Origin: Steroidobacteraceae bacterium
Lineage (GTDB): Bacteria > Pseudomonadota > Gammaproteobacteria > Steroidobacterales > Steroidobacteraceae
NCBI GenBank assembly: GCA_036824505.1
Contig: DAITAA010000007.1
Location: 6,677 to 70,676 of the forward strand
Reading direction: 5' to 3'
Length of the DNA stretch: 64,000 nucleotides
Position numbers and translations under genes: made by a program. Below are positions 52,083 through 62,870 of the stretch, one piece after another. Below the pieces are notes generated by a model. That model saw only the letters and a program-made list of their open reading frames with translations, was not told the DNA's origin and searched no databases. Each line of letters opens with the position of its first letter. Positions within the stretch are counted from its first letter, which is position 1.

Positions 52083-53794
52083 GCAACGCCTGGAGTCGGC
52101 GATGCATCTTGGCGACGGGCTCGCTCGTGCTTGCCGCTTGCACGACGACGATGCAGGCGGGTTATTACGGCACGTCCGAGCCGTTCGCATCGGAAGCCGT
52201 CTACTTCGTGCTGACCGATCGGTTCGTCGATGGAGACAGTACGAACGATCATCGCGAGCAGGGCGGTGCGAATCGCACTTTCGACCGGCCGCTGCCCGGG
52301 GCGAACGGCGTGATGGACAATATCGGCTACCTCGGCGGCGATTTCCGCGGCCTGCTTGACAACGCTGAGTACATCCGTGAGATGGGGTTCACCGCTGTCT
52401 GGATCACGCCGATCGTGGACAACCCGGACGAAGCCTTTACAGGCGGATTCAGGATCGGCGAAGGATTCTTTGCGGACCATGGCAAGACCGGCTACCACGG
52501 CTACTGGGGCGTCAACTTTTACCGGGTGGACGAGCACCTCGAGTCGACGGGTCTGAGCTTCGCCGATTTCGCGCGCCGTATGCGCTCCGAACACGGCCTG
52601 CGGATCGTCCTCGACATCGTCTGCAACCACGGCTCACCGTCCTACACCATGCCCGTGGACCAGCCGGGCTTCGGCGAGATCTACGACAGGAACGGCAAGC
52701 TTGTGGCGGACCACCAGAACTTGCGGCCCGAGAAACTCGACCCGGCAAATCCGCTGCACCGCTGGTTTCACCGCGAGCCGGATCTTGCGGAGCTCTCCAA
52801 CCTCGACGACACGAATCCCCAGGTCATGAACTACCTGGTGGGCGCCTACCTGCAATGGATCGACCAGGGCGCGAGCGCATTTCGTATCGACACGATGGGC
52901 CAGATGCCGCTCGCCTTCTGGCGTGAGTTCACGGCGCGCATCCGGGCCAAGCACCCCGGCTTCTTCATGTTCGGCGAAGACTTCAACTACGACGCGAACA
53001 GGATCGCCGAGCACACCTGGCCCGAGAACGGCGCCGTCAGCGTGCTGGACTTCCCCGGCCGCGCGAGCATCGTCGAGGTGTTCGAAAACCCGGGCAGCGA
53101 TTACGCGCGCCTGCTCGACTACCTGCACCTCGAGGACGGCGTCTACCGGAATCCCTACGAGTTGATGACCTTCTACGATAACCATGACATGACGCGCATG
53201 AAGGCGAGCGAGGACGGCTTCATCGACGCGCACAACTGGCTGTTCACGTCGCGCGGCATCCCGGTCGTCTACTACGGCTCCGAGATGGCGTTCATGGCCG
53301 GCAACAAGGAGCACGAGGGCAACCGCAATTACTTCGGCACCGAGGGAATGATGGCTGCCCGCGAAAGCCGCATTCGCCGCGCGCTTTCACAGATCGCGCA
53401 GATCCGCCGCGCGTCGCCCGCGCTGCAACGCGGCCTGCAACTCAATCTCGGAATCGGCGGCGACCGGGCGGCGTTATTGAGGGTCTACGAGAAGGGCGGC
53501 GTCAACCAGACGGCGCTGGTCCTGCTGAACAAAGGCGCGGCGGAGGCGCACTTCGCGATCGACCACTGGTTGAGCGCCGGGTGGTGGCGCGATGCGTCGT
53601 CCGGGGAGCAGGTCGAAGTGAAGGGAGGTGGCGGGCCGCTAGAGTTGGCCGTCCCGGCGCATGGCGTGCGAGTGCTGCTGCGGAATTTGCGCAACGACGA
53701 TCCGCGCCTGCTGGCGGAACTGAAACGCGCAATGAGTGCCGGAATCGCGGCCTCAGGCCGGCATCTGGCCGCCACAGGAGGAGCGAACCACTAG
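52079..53794 (+). CDS. GH13 alpha-amylase family lipoprotein
   Basis: 571 aa with an ATGA overlap. Lipobox LAAC. GH13 regions DIVCNHGS, AFRIDTMGQMP, FGEDF, FYDNHDMTR. Confidence 0.85.
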   Translation: MSNAWSRRCILATGSLVLAACTTTMQAGYYGTSEPFASEAVYFVLTDRFVDGDSTNDHREQGGANRTFDRPLPGANGVMDNIGYLGGDFRGLLDNAEYIREMGFTAVWITPIVDNPDEAFTGGFRIGEGFFADHGKTGYHGYWGVNFYRVDEHLESTGLSFADFARRMRSEHGLRIVLDIVCNHGSPSYTMPVDQPGFGEIYDRNGKLVADHQNLRPEKLDPANPLHRWFHREPDLAELSNLDDTNPQVMNYLVGAYLQWIDQGASAFRIDTMGQMPLAFWREFTARIRAKHPGFFMFGEDFNYDANRIAEHTWPENGAVSVLDFPGRASIVEVFENPGSDYARLLDYLHLEDGVYRNPYELMTFYDNHDMTRMKASEDGFIDAHNWLFTSRGIPVVYYGSEMAFMAGNKEHEGNRNYFGTEGMMAARESRIRRALSQIAQIRRASPALQRGLQLNLGIGGDRAALLRVYEKGGVNQTALVLLNKGAAEAHFAIDHWLSAGWWRDASSGEQVEVKGGGGPLELAVPAHGVRVLLRNLRNDDPRLLAELKRAMSAGIAASGRHLAATGGANH

Positions 53795-54787
53795 CTGCGG
53801 CGCGATCAGCGTCGAGTCCACGGTCTCGCCCTCGATCAGCTTGATCACATTGCCGACCAGCAATTCGCCCGCCAGGCGAGTGTCCTGGCGCACCGTCGTG
53901 AGCGGCGGATTGACATGAGCGGCGGAGGCGATGTCATCGAATCCCACGACGGCCACATCGCCCGGCACCGTCAGGCCTCGGTCCTGCAGCGCGTGGATGA
54001 CGCCCATTGCGATCAGGTCACTGGCCGACATCACCGCGTCGAACTTCACGCCAGAGTCCAGCAGTTGCGTGGCCGCGCGGTAGCCATCGTTCTCGAGGCT
54101 TTGCGCATCGGCCTGCAGACGCGGGTCCGGCGCGTGGCCGGCCGCGCGCAGGGCCTCGACGTGGCCAAGGTAACGCAGCTGAAACTCGGGGTAATTGTCC
54201 GAGGCGCTGCCGGCGAAAGCGATGCTGCGCCGGCCGAGGCGCAGCAGATGCTGCGTCGCCAGCTTTGCGCCGAGCGCGTTGTCGCAGCACAGGTAATGAC
54301 CCGGCTGGTTTTCCACGACGGGTCCCCAGATGACGAAATGCGCGTCGGTCTCGGCCAGCTGGCGCAGCCGGCCGGCATAGCTCAGGTAGTCGCCGTAGCC
54401 GAGCAGGATCAGGCCATCCGCACGGTTGCAGACCTCATAGTCGGTATGCCAGTCGTCGCTGAGCTGCTGGAAGGCGACCAACAGGTCGAATTTCCGCCGC
54501 GCGGCCGCCCGCGTGACGTGTCCGAGCATGGACAGGAAGAACGGGTTGATCGGCGCTTCATCCGATGATTCTTCGAAGAGCAGAAGTGCCAGAGTCTGGC
54601 TGCGCCTCGTGCGTAAACCTGCGGCACTGCGGTCGGTCCGGTAGTGCAGTTCGCGGGCGAATTCCTGAATGCGTTCGCGGGTCTCCGGCCGGACCAGCGG
54701 GCTGTCGCGGAGCGCGCGCGACACGGTCGCCTGCGACACGTGTGCAAGCTCCGCTATATCGAGTGATGTTGGCTTGGTTATCTTCAC
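53753..54787 (-). CDS. LacI family transcriptional regulator
   Basis: GTG start at 54787 (VKITKPTSLDIAELAHVSQATVSRAL = LacI HTH). A periplasmic-binding-fold effector domain follows. The 66 extra N-terminal codons of the listed ORF were rejected. Confidence 0.85.
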   Translation of the reverse strand: MKITKPTSLDIAELAHVSQATVSRALRDSPLVRPETRERIQEFARELHYRTDRSAAGLRTRRSQTLALLLFEESSDEAPINPFFLSMLGHVTRAAARRKFDLLVAFQQLSDDWHTDYEVCNRADGLILLGYGDYLSYAGRLRQLAETDAHFVIWGPVVENQPGHYLCCDNALGAKLATQHLLRLGRRSIAFAGSASDNYPEFQLRYLGHVEALRAAGHAPDPRLQADAQSLENDGYRAATQLLDSGVKFDAVMSASDLIAMGVIHALQDRGLTVPGDVAVVGFDDIASAAHVNPPLTTVRQDTRLAGELLVGNVIKLIEGETVDSTLIAPQLVVRSSCGGQMPA

Positions 54788-55045
54788 TGAAGAAATTCCC
54801 GAAAAGCCCGGATCGGCAATCGGTTCCTGGCACCGTCCATGCCCGGCTGGCTGGCCTGATCCTAGCGCGGCTGCGCGCTCAACGCATCCCCCAGAGCTGA
54901 CCGGACCAACGGCATGGCACGCTACTGGCAGCCTGGCCCCTGTTTGATCCAGTATTATGCAATGCAGCGCGGCAGCAGGTAGCACGCTTGCTTATGCGGG
55001 CTATGTCCTGTACTGCCTGGACGGCACATTCTGGATGATGCTTGC

Positions 55046-57613
55046 ATGGCCCAGTTGATCGAAGTCACGTCCGTTGTTCCCGAATCGCTTCAACGCCTGA
55101 GGGAGCTGGCGGGCAATCTGTTCTTCAGCTGGCATCGGCCGACGCGTGCGTTGTTCGAGGATCTGGATCCCGAATTGTGGGAACAGGTCAACGGCAACCC
55201 GCGGCTGCTGCTGCGCTGTGTTGACCAGCAGCATCTCGATTGGGCCGCGGCCAATCCGGAGTATCTGGCGCGCTATGAGCGCGTGGTGAACACCTTCGAT
55301 GCTTACCTGGCCGCGCCCGTGCCGCCAGCCGACGCGCCGCTGGTGGCTTACTTCTGCGCGGAATATGGCTTCCATGAAAGCTTTCCAATCTACTCAGGTG
55401 GCCTCGGAATTCTGGCCGGCGACTACTGCAAGGCGGCGAGCGACGAACAGCTGAACTTCGTGGCGGTCGGTTTGTTGTATCGGCAGGGCTACTTCTCCCA
55501 GTCCGTGGACAGTGATGGCACGCAGCATGCGCGTTACGCGGACAGCGACCCGCGCGATCTGCCGGTGGAACCGGTGCGTGACGCGCACGGCACGTGGCTC
55601 ACCGTGAAGATCCCGATCGCCGCCGGGGAGGTGACGGCGCGCGTGTGGAAAGCGCAGGTCGGCCGCGTATCGGTCTATCTTCTCGACTCCGACTACTCGG
55701 ACAATTCGCCGGCTGATCGCGACATCACGCACCGCCTCTATGGCGGGGATGAAAGCCTGCGCATCCGCCAGGAAATGATTCTGGGAATGGGCGGCGTGCG
55801 CACGCTGCGCGCACTGGGGCTCGCACCGTCGGTCTGGCATGTCAACGAAGGGCACGCGGCGTTCCTGATCCTCGAGTTGCTGCGCGAGAATCTGGCCCGG
55901 GGGCTGGACTTCAATGCGGCGCTGGAACTGGCCGCGGCGGCCTGTGTATTCACCACGCACACGCCGGTCGCCGCCGGTCACGATGCATTCAGGGATGATT
56001 TGTTCACGAGTTGCTTTGCGGATTTCGCGAAGTCGCTGGGTGTTTCCATGGAGCGGCTGCTGGAACTGGGGCGGGCTCCCGGCGTGCCGAACTGGTTCAA
56101 CATGACACGCCTGGCGCTCGCGGGCTCCCGCTACGTGAATGGCGTGAGCCGCATTCACGGCGGTGTTTCGGCGCAGCTGTGCGCGGATCGCTGGCCGGAG
56201 ATCAGCGCCGCAGAAAACCCGGTCGGCTATGTCACCAACGGTGTCCACGTACCGACCTTTCTCGCGCAGACCTGGCATGCATTCTTCGACAGCCACATCG
56301 GCCGCGATTGGCGCGAGCGCTTGTCCGACAACAGTTACTGGCAGGCGCTCGAAGCGGTGCCCGATGAGTTGTTCTGGGAAGTGGCGCAGGACACCAAGGC
56401 ACGCATGCTGGCCGGAGTGCGGGGAAGGCTGCAGCGCGAATTCGCACGCAAGTCCCTGAGCGCCGCGCAATTGCGTCATGTCACGCGACTGCTCGACCCG
56501 GAGCGACCAGGCGTGCTGACGATCGGCTTTGCGCGGCGATTCGCAACTTACAAACGTGCCGCGCTGCTGCTGCGTGACCGCGCCCGGCTGGCGCGCCTGC
56601 TGGATGGATCAGAACGCCCGGTGTTGTTCCTGTTCGCCGGCAAGGCGCATCCGGCCGACCAGCCCGGCCAGGAGATATTGCGCGATATCAAGCAGCTGAT
56701 GCTCGCGCCCGAGTTTGCGGGCAATGTCGTGTTTCTCGAGGATTACGACATGCAGCTGGGGCGCTGGCTGGTGTCGGGTGTCGATGTGTGGCTCAACACG
56801 CCGATCGCACCGCTCGAAGCCAGCGGCACTTCCGGCATGAAGGCGGCCATCAACGGCCGTCTGAACCTGAGCATCCTCGATGGCTGGTGGGCCGAGGGCT
56901 TCGATGGCAGCAACGGATGGGGCATCCCGCCAACCCAGACGCAAGACCCGGACCGGCGCGATGCGCTCGACAGCGACGCGATCATCGACACGCTGGAAGA
57001 AGAGGTGGTGCCGCTGTATTACGAACGCGGCAGCGCCGGGCTGTCCCCGGAATGGGTGCATTACTGCAAGCGCGCGATGATGACCGTGATTCCGCAGTTC
57101 AACATGCGCCGCATGGTCGCCGATTACGTACGCGGCATGTATCGGCCGGCGGCTGCGCATGGCGCGGCGCTGCTGGCCGGAGACGCGGCAGGTGCGCGCG
57201 ACCTGGGCCAATGGAAGCAAGTTGTTGCGACTGCCTGGCCGGGCGTGTCGCTGCGCGGCATGTCGGATGTACCGCGCGAGCTGGCGCACGGCGGCCATCT
57301 GCAGGTACGTGTGGCTGTGGCACTGAACGGGCTCGCGCCCAAAGACGTCGCAGTTGAATTCTACGGCCAGCGTTTGCTGCCACGTGGCGGACACGAGCCG
57401 CCGCCATTGTGCTCGTTCGACCACCAGGCGGACGACGACGCCTGGCGTGCGACGCTGACCCCGAGTGGCGAAACCGACAGCGACGGCTCGCAGATCTACA
57501 CGCTCGACTCGGCGCCACCCAGCGCCGGGCAGTTCAGCACCGAAGTGCGCATCCGCCCGGCGCATCCGCTGCTATCGCACCCGCTCGAGCTCGGTCTGCA
57601 GAAGCGCCTCTGA
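55046..57613 (+). CDS. glgP: Alpha-glucan (glycogen/maltodextrin) phosphorylase, GT35, 'alpha-glucan family' type
   Basis: 855 aa. N-terminal DUF3417-like block (LAGNLFFSWH....LF..LDPELWE...NP), FPIYSGGLGILAGD, and the PLP-lysine region EASGTSGMKAA.NG. Confidence 0.85.
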   Translation: MAQLIEVTSVVPESLQRLRELAGNLFFSWHRPTRALFEDLDPELWEQVNGNPRLLLRCVDQQHLDWAAANPEYLARYERVVNTFDAYLAAPVPPADAPLVAYFCAEYGFHESFPIYSGGLGILAGDYCKAASDEQLNFVAVGLLYRQGYFSQSVDSDGTQHARYADSDPRDLPVEPVRDAHGTWLTVKIPIAAGEVTARVWKAQVGRVSVYLLDSDYSDNSPADRDITHRLYGGDESLRIRQEMILGMGGVRTLRALGLAPSVWHVNEGHAAFLILELLRENLARGLDFNAALELAAAACVFTTHTPVAAGHDAFRDDLFTSCFADFAKSLGVSMERLLELGRAPGVPNWFNMTRLALAGSRYVNGVSRIHGGVSAQLCADRWPEISAAENPVGYVTNGVHVPTFLAQTWHAFFDSHIGRDWRERLSDNSYWQALEAVPDELFWEVAQDTKARMLAGVRGRLQREFARKSLSAAQLRHVTRLLDPERPGVLTIGFARRFATYKRAALLLRDRARLARLLDGSERPVLFLFAGKAHPADQPGQEILRDIKQLMLAPEFAGNVVFLEDYDMQLGRWLVSGVDVWLNTPIAPLEASGTSGMKAAINGRLNLSILDGWWAEGFDGSNGWGIPPTQTQDPDRRDALDSDAIIDTLEEEVVPLYYERGSAGLSPEWVHYCKRAMMTVIPQFNMRRMVADYVRGMYRPAAAHGAALLAGDAAGARDLGQWKQVVATAWPGVSLRGMSDVPRELAHGGHLQVRVAVALNGLAPKDVAVEFYGQRLLPRGGHEPPPLCSFDHQADDDAWRATLTPSGETDSDGSQIYTLDSAPPSAGQFSTEVRIRPAHPLLSHPLELGLQKRL

Positions 57614-57618
57614 AGCGG

Positions 57619-59793
57619 CTATTCAGGCGCGAGGATCAGCGCGCCGAGTGGCGGCAACGTGATCGTCAGCGAATGCCGCTGCCCCTGGTGCGAGTGAGTG
57701 CCGGCGCGCAGGCGCCCGGCGTTGCCGAGGTTGCTGCCGCCGTAATGGCCGGAGTCGGAATTGAATAATTCACGGTAATTCCCGTCATGGGGTGCGCCGA
57801 CGCGATAGCCGTGACGCGGCACCGGAGTGAAATTCAGCGCGACGATCAGGTGCCGCCCGTCACCCCAACGCAGATAGCTCAGGACTGAGCTGGCGGCGTC
57901 ATCGCAATCGAGCCAGCTGAAGCCACCCGGTTCGAATTCCAGCTTGTGCAGCGCGGGCTCGCTGCGATAGAGACGATTCAGGTCAGTGACCGTGCGCTGC
58001 ACGCCGCGATGCTCGGCATGATCCAGCAGCCACCACGGCAATGATTGGCGGAAGTCCCACTCCCACGGCTGAGCAAGCTCGCCGCCCATGAACAGGAGCT
58101 TCTTGCCCGGAAACGTCCACATATAGGAGTACAGCAGGCGTAGATTCGCGAATTGCTGCCAGCGATCGCCCGGCATGCGGCCGAGCAGCGAGCGCTTCAG
58201 GTGCACCACTTCGTCGTGTGACAGCGGTAACACGAAGTTCTCCGTGTACGCGTACATCATGGCAAATGTCAGCTTGTGGTGATGATGCCGGCGATGCACC
58301 GGGTCTTCCGTGAAATAGTCCAGCGTGTCGTGCATCCAGCCCATGTTCCATTTCATCGAAAACCCGAGGCCGCCGCCGTCGGCAGGCCGGCTGACCTGCG
58401 GCCAGTCGGTCGATTCTTCGGCGATGACCAGCGTGCCGGGGAAACGCAGGTGCGTGGTCGCATTCAGCGCGCGCAGGAAATCGATTGCCTCGAGGTTGTG
58501 GCGTCCGCCGTAGCGGTTTGGCACGAAGTCATCCTTGCGCCCGAAGTCCAGGTAGAGCATGGAAGCCACGGCGTCGACGCGCAGTCCGTCGAAATGAAAT
58601 TCCTCCAGCCAGTAACAGGCGCTGGAAAGCAGAAAAGAGCGCACCTCGTGCCGCTCATAGTTGAATATCAGCGTGCCCCAGTCGCGGTGCTCAGCCCTGC
58701 GCGGATCGTGATACTCATACAGCGCGGCCCCATCGAAATTCGCCAGGCCATGGGCGTCGCGCGGGAAATGCCCGGGCACCCAGTCGAGCAATACGCCGAT
58801 GCCGGACTGATGGCACTGATCGATGAACTGGCGCAGCTCGTCCGGGGAACCGTGACGGCTGGTGGGCGCAAAGAAGCCGGTGGTTTGATAACCCCAGGAG
58901 TCATCCAGCGGGTGTTCGGTGATCGGCAACAGTTCGATATGCGTGAAGCCGGCATCGCGGACATACGGGATCAATTCGGAGGCGAGCTCGCTCCACGAAT
59001 AAAAGCGTCCGTCGCCATGCCGTCGCCATGAGCCGCAGTGCACCTCATAGATGCTCGCCGGTGCGTGCAGCCAGTCGCGCTGCGTGCGCGCCGCCAGCCA
59101 GTCGCCATCGCGCCACTGGTAGCCGGACTGCACGACGAGCGAAGCGGTACCGGGGCGTTGCTCGGCGGCCCGGCCGTATGGATCGGTCTTGAGCATGACA
59201 GCGCCGGTGGTGCGATTCCGGATCTCGAACTTGTAAAGCGCGCCAGTCTCGAGTCCGGGGAGGAATATCTCCCACACGCCGCTCGCGCCCAGCACGCGCA
59301 TCGGAAAGCGCCGGCCGTCCCAGTCGCAAAAGGGGCCCACCACGCTGACGCGTTCGGCATTGGGCGCCCAGGTGGAAAAGCGCACGCCGTCAATGCCGTC
59401 GATGCGCATGGGTTGGGCGCCGAGCAGTTGCCAGGCGCTGGTGTGGTGGCCCTCCGAGAAGGCGGCCAGCCCCCCGGTGTCGATGGCGGGAGCGAAACTG
59501 TACGGATCGATCTGCGCCCGCGCGATGCCGTGGCTGTCGGTCCAATTCAGCAAGTAGTGTGCCGGCAGCTGACCCGCGGAGCCCTGCCAGCAGAAGAAAT
59601 CGCTGTCCCGGAGACGCTCGAGTTCGTGGTCTCCGGCCTGCACAGCCCGCACGGACGGCAGGTATGCGAGCAGGGTCAACCTGCCCTGGCGCTCATGCGC
59701 TCCGAGCACGGCATGCGGATCGTGGTGACGGCCCGATGCGATGCGGTCCAGATCCTGCTGCAGCGGCCCCAGCCAGCCGAAGACCGTATTCAC
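57619..59793 (-). CDS. glgB: 1,4-alpha-glucan branching enzyme
   Basis: 724 aa. [32 protein letters not shown], and [10 protein letters not shown] (GH13_9 regions). Confidence 0.9.
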   Translation of the reverse strand: MNTVFGWLGPLQQDLDRIASGRHHDPHAVLGAHERQGRLTLLAYLPSVRAVQAGDHELERLRDSDFFCWQGSAGQLPAHYLLNWTDSHGIARAQIDPYSFAPAIDTGGLAAFSEGHHTSAWQLLGAQPMRIDGIDGVRFSTWAPNAERVSVVGPFCDWDGRRFPMRVLGASGVWEIFLPGLETGALYKFEIRNRTTGAVMLKTDPYGRAAEQRPGTASLVVQSGYQWRDGDWLAARTQRDWLHAPASIYEVHCGSWRRHGDGRFYSWSELASELIPYVRDAGFTHIELLPITEHPLDDSWGYQTTGFFAPTSRHGSPDELRQFIDQCHQSGIGVLLDWVPGHFPRDAHGLANFDGAALYEYHDPRRAEHRDWGTLIFNYERHEVRSFLLSSACYWLEEFHFDGLRVDAVASMLYLDFGRKDDFVPNRYGGRHNLEAIDFLRALNATTHLRFPGTLVIAEESTDWPQVSRPADGGGLGFSMKWNMGWMHDTLDYFTEDPVHRRHHHHKLTFAMMYAYTENFVLPLSHDEVVHLKRSLLGRMPGDRWQQFANLRLLYSYMWTFPGKKLLFMGGELAQPWEWDFRQSLPWWLLDHAEHRGVQRTVTDLNRLYRSEPALHKLEFEPGGFSWLDCDDAASSVLSYLRWGDGRHLIVALNFTPVPRHGYRVGAPHDGNYRELFNSDSGHYGGSNLGNAGRLRAGTHSHQGQRHSLTITLPPLGALILAPE

Positions 59794-59868
59794 GTTGACG
59801 CCTGTTACCGAATGACGAAAGGCGGGATCATGGCCGCCCCGGTCACGGTACTATACTTTCTTGTACAT

Positions 59869-61149
59869 ATGCCGAAGACCCCCAAACGCACCTCGTCAGG
59901 CCGATACGTCAGCCGGCTCACCAGCGGCGCGCTGGCCGTCGTCATGGCCGGCGGCCGCGGCGAGCGCCTGTACGATCTGACGGCTCACCGCTGCAAACCG
60001 GCCACGCCGTTCGGCGGCAAGTTCCGCATCATCGATTTCGTGCTCTCGAACTGCGTCAATTCCGGCATCCGCCAGATTTTCCTGATGACCCAGTACAAGG
60101 GGCAATCCCTGATCCAGCACGTGCAGCGCGGCTGGAGTTATCTGCGCGGCGAATTCGGCGAGTTCATCGATGTGGTACCGGCGCAGCAGCAGATCGGCCC
60201 GCACTGGTACCAGGGCACAGCGGACTGCGTGTACCAGAATCTGGATCTGATCCGCTCGCAACGCCCGCGGTACGTGCTGGTGCTGGCCGGCGATCACATC
60301 TACAAGATGGACTACGGCCCGATGATCGCCTCGCACGTCGAGAAGGGTGCCGATATCACCGTGGGCGTCGTGCAGGTGCCGCTGGCGAAGGCACGTGACT
60401 TCGGCGTGCTGTCGGTGACCGACCTGAATCGCGTGACGAGTTTCGATGAAAAACCGGACAGCCCGAATCCGATGCCCGGCAATCCGGAAGTCGCTCTGGC
60501 GTCAATGGGCATCTATGTGTTCAATAACCGGCTGCTGGACCAGCTGCTGAATGACGATGCCGAGAATCCGAATTCGGCGCACGATTTTGGCAAGGACATC
60601 ATACCGGCGTCGATCGACAAGCTGCAGGTGTACGCCTATCCATTCTCCGATGTGAGGACGCGCGCGCAGTACTACTGGCGTGACGTCGGCACCGTGGATG
60701 CATTTTACGATGCCAATATCGAACTCGTGCATATCGCGCCAGAATTGAACCTGTATGACGAGCAATGGCCGATATGGACCTACCAGCCGCATCAGCCACC
60801 GGCCAAGTTCGTGCTGGATGAAGATGGCCGGCGCGGCATCGCCATCAATTCGATGGTCTCCGGCGGCTGCATCATCTCGGGTGCGCGTGTCGAGCAGTCG
60901 CTGCTGTTCTCGGACGTGCATGTCGACGAGCGCTCGAAAATCTTTCGTTCGGTTGTGATGCCGAACGTCAGAATCGGTGCCGACTGCACTATTCGTAATG
61001 CCATTCTCGATGAGGGCTGCGAAGTGCCGCAGGGAACGGAGATCGGCGTCGACCGCGCCGCCGATTCGCGGCGCTTTCATGTGACCGGCAATGGCGTGGT
61101 GCTGGTGACGGCCGACATGCTGCAAGCAATTACCCCCGCTAAAGCATGA
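59869..61149 (+). CDS. glgC: Glucose-1-phosphate adenylyltransferase
   Basis: ATG at 59869. VMAGGRGERLYDLT..R.KPA.PFGGKFRIIDF.LSNC.NSGI and later FDEKP. About 426 aa. The 277 upstream codons of the listed ORF are antisense to glgB and were rejected. Confidence 0.9.
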   Translation: MPKTPKRTSSGRYVSRLTSGALAVVMAGGRGERLYDLTAHRCKPATPFGGKFRIIDFVLSNCVNSGIRQIFLMTQYKGQSLIQHVQRGWSYLRGEFGEFIDVVPAQQQIGPHWYQGTADCVYQNLDLIRSQRPRYVLVLAGDHIYKMDYGPMIASHVEKGADITVGVVQVPLAKARDFGVLSVTDLNRVTSFDEKPDSPNPMPGNPEVALASMGIYVFNNRLLDQLLNDDAENPNSAHDFGKDIIPASIDKLQVYAYPFSDVRTRAQYYWRDVGTVDAFYDANIELVHIAPELNLYDEQWPIWTYQPHQPPAKFVLDEDGRRGIAINSMVSGGCIISGARVEQSLLFSDVHVDERSKIFRSVVMPNVRIGADCTIRNAILDEGCEVPQGTEIGVDRAADSRRFHVTGNGVVLVTADMLQAITPAKA

Positions 61150-62867
61150 AAGCGGCGTTCCGCCATCCGGTCGTGCTGCTGTGGCACATGCACCAGCCGC
61201 AATACCGGGATCCCCTGAGTGGCGAATACATCCTGCCCTGGGTGTACCTGCACGCCATCAAGGACTATGTGGACATGGCCGCGCACCTGGAGGCCAATCC
61301 GGCGGCGCGTGCAGTAATCAATTTCACGCCCGTATTGCTCGAGCAGCTGGAAGACCTGGCGGACCGCGTTGCGGCGCATCTGCGTGATGGCCGAAGATTG
61401 CCTGATCCGGTGCTCGCCATGCTGGCCGAAGAGCCGTTGCCGGCCGATGCGGAGCTGCGATTGCAGCTGCTGCAAGCCTGCCTGCGGGCTAACCGCCAGC
61501 ACCTGGTCGAGCGCTATCCGCGCTACGCGGAGCTGGTCGAGCTTGCCGGCCCGCTGGCGACGACAGACCGCGTGAATTTTGCCTCAGACCAGTATCTCCG
61601 TGATCTGGCCATGTGGTTCCACATCGCCTGGCTGGGTGAAACCGTCAAGCGTTCGGACCCGCGCGTCGCGGCGCTGATTGAACGTGGGCACAATTTCACG
61701 GCACAGCACCGCCGCACAATGCTCGAACTGATCAGCGGGCTGCTGAGCGGTGTGTTGCCGCGTTACCGGATGCTGCAGAAACAGGGGCGGGCAGAACTTG
61801 CCACTTCACCCTATGCGCATCCGCTGATGCCACTGCTCGTGGATTTCCACAGTGCGCGCGATGCCATGCCGGACGTTCCGTTGCCGCGCGCCGGGAAATA
61901 CCCGGGCGGCACGGAACGTGCGCTCTGGCACATGCGCGTCGGCACGCAGGTATTCGAAGAGATATTCGGCGTGCGCCCGGCCGGCTGCTGGCCATCCGAG
62001 GGCGCCATCAGCTCGAAGACGCTTGAGATCATCGAGAATTGCGGCTATCGCTGGACGGCGAGTGGCGGCAACGTGCTGCGCGGCTGCCTAGCGGCGCAGG
62101 CTGATGGGACCCGGAACGACGCGGCGCCGGCAGAGCTCGGTCGCGCCTGGCGGGTGCCGGATCAACGCTTGCAAGTCTTCTTCAGGAACGACGAGCTGTC
62201 TGACCTGATCGGCTTTACCTACTCGAGCTGGCACGGAGACGATGCCGTCGGGCATCTTGTCAGCGAGCTTGAACGCATTGCACGGCAGGATTCAGGACAG
62301 CTTGGGCGCCTGACGCTGATTGCGCTTGATGGAGAAAATGCCTGGGAACACTATCCATTCAACGGCTTCTACTTTCTGAACGGCCTGTATGCCGCGTTGG
62401 CCGATCACGCCGAACTCGAGCTGATGACGCTTTCGACGTTTCTCGATCGCGGCCACGAGCCGACCCCGCTCTCCAAAGTGACGGCCGGCAGCTGGGTGTA
62501 TGGCACGCTCAGCACGTGGATCGGCGAGCGCGACAAGAATGCCGCCTGGGACTTGCTGGTCGAAGCAAAGCGCGCTGCCGATCTGGTGCTGTCGCAACCG
62601 GATCTTGCCGCGTCGGCGCGCGCACGCATCGAACAGCATCTGGCCCTGTGTGAAAGTTCCGACTGGTTCTGGTGGCTCGGGGAATATAACCCGGCCGAAT
62701 CGGTGCGCGAGTTCGATGAGTTGTTCCGGCATCGGTTGTCACGCCTGTACGACGCCCTTGGGCAGCCCGTGCCGGCAATTCTGGGGCAACCGCTGTCGGT
62801 GGGGCGGGGGCAGCCGGCGACTGGAGGCGTGATGCGCCGCGCCAGCAAGCACGGCGGACAACACTGA
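61146..62867 (+). CDS. Glycoside hydrolase family 57 protein (alpha-glucan acting)
   Basis: 573 aa with an ATGA overlap. GH57 signatures: LLWHMHQPQY, ALDGENAWEHY, and ESSDWFWW. Confidence 0.8.
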   Translation: MKAAFRHPVVLLWHMHQPQYRDPLSGEYILPWVYLHAIKDYVDMAAHLEANPAARAVINFTPVLLEQLEDLADRVAAHLRDGRRLPDPVLAMLAEEPLPADAELRLQLLQACLRANRQHLVERYPRYAELVELAGPLATTDRVNFASDQYLRDLAMWFHIAWLGETVKRSDPRVAALIERGHNFTAQHRRTMLELISGLLSGVLPRYRMLQKQGRAELATSPYAHPLMPLLVDFHSARDAMPDVPLPRAGKYPGGTERALWHMRVGTQVFEEIFGVRPAGCWPSEGAISSKTLEIIENCGYRWTASGGNVLRGCLAAQADGTRNDAAPAELGRAWRVPDQRLQVFFRNDELSDLIGFTYSSWHGDDAVGHLVSELERIARQDSGQLGRLTLIALDGENAWEHYPFNGFYFLNGLYAALADHAELELMTLSTFLDRGHEPTPLSKVTAGSWVYGTLSTWIGERDKNAAWDLLVEAKRAADLVLSQPDLAASARARIEQHLALCESSDWFWWLGEYNPAESVREFDELFRHRLSRLYDALGQPVPAILGQPLSVGRGQPATGGVMRRASKHGGQH

Positions 62868-62870
62868 TTC

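Noticed and set aside
59038-59868. 277-codon N-terminal extension of the glgC ORF
   Set aside because: It is antisense to glgB. GlgC homology begins right after ATG 59869.
59794-59868. Sigma70-like elements (TTGACG at 59795, TATACT at 59852) in the glgB/glgC divergent region
   Set aside because: The two hexamers are about 50 nt apart, so they cannot form one promoter. Neither has a properly spaced partner that I can see.
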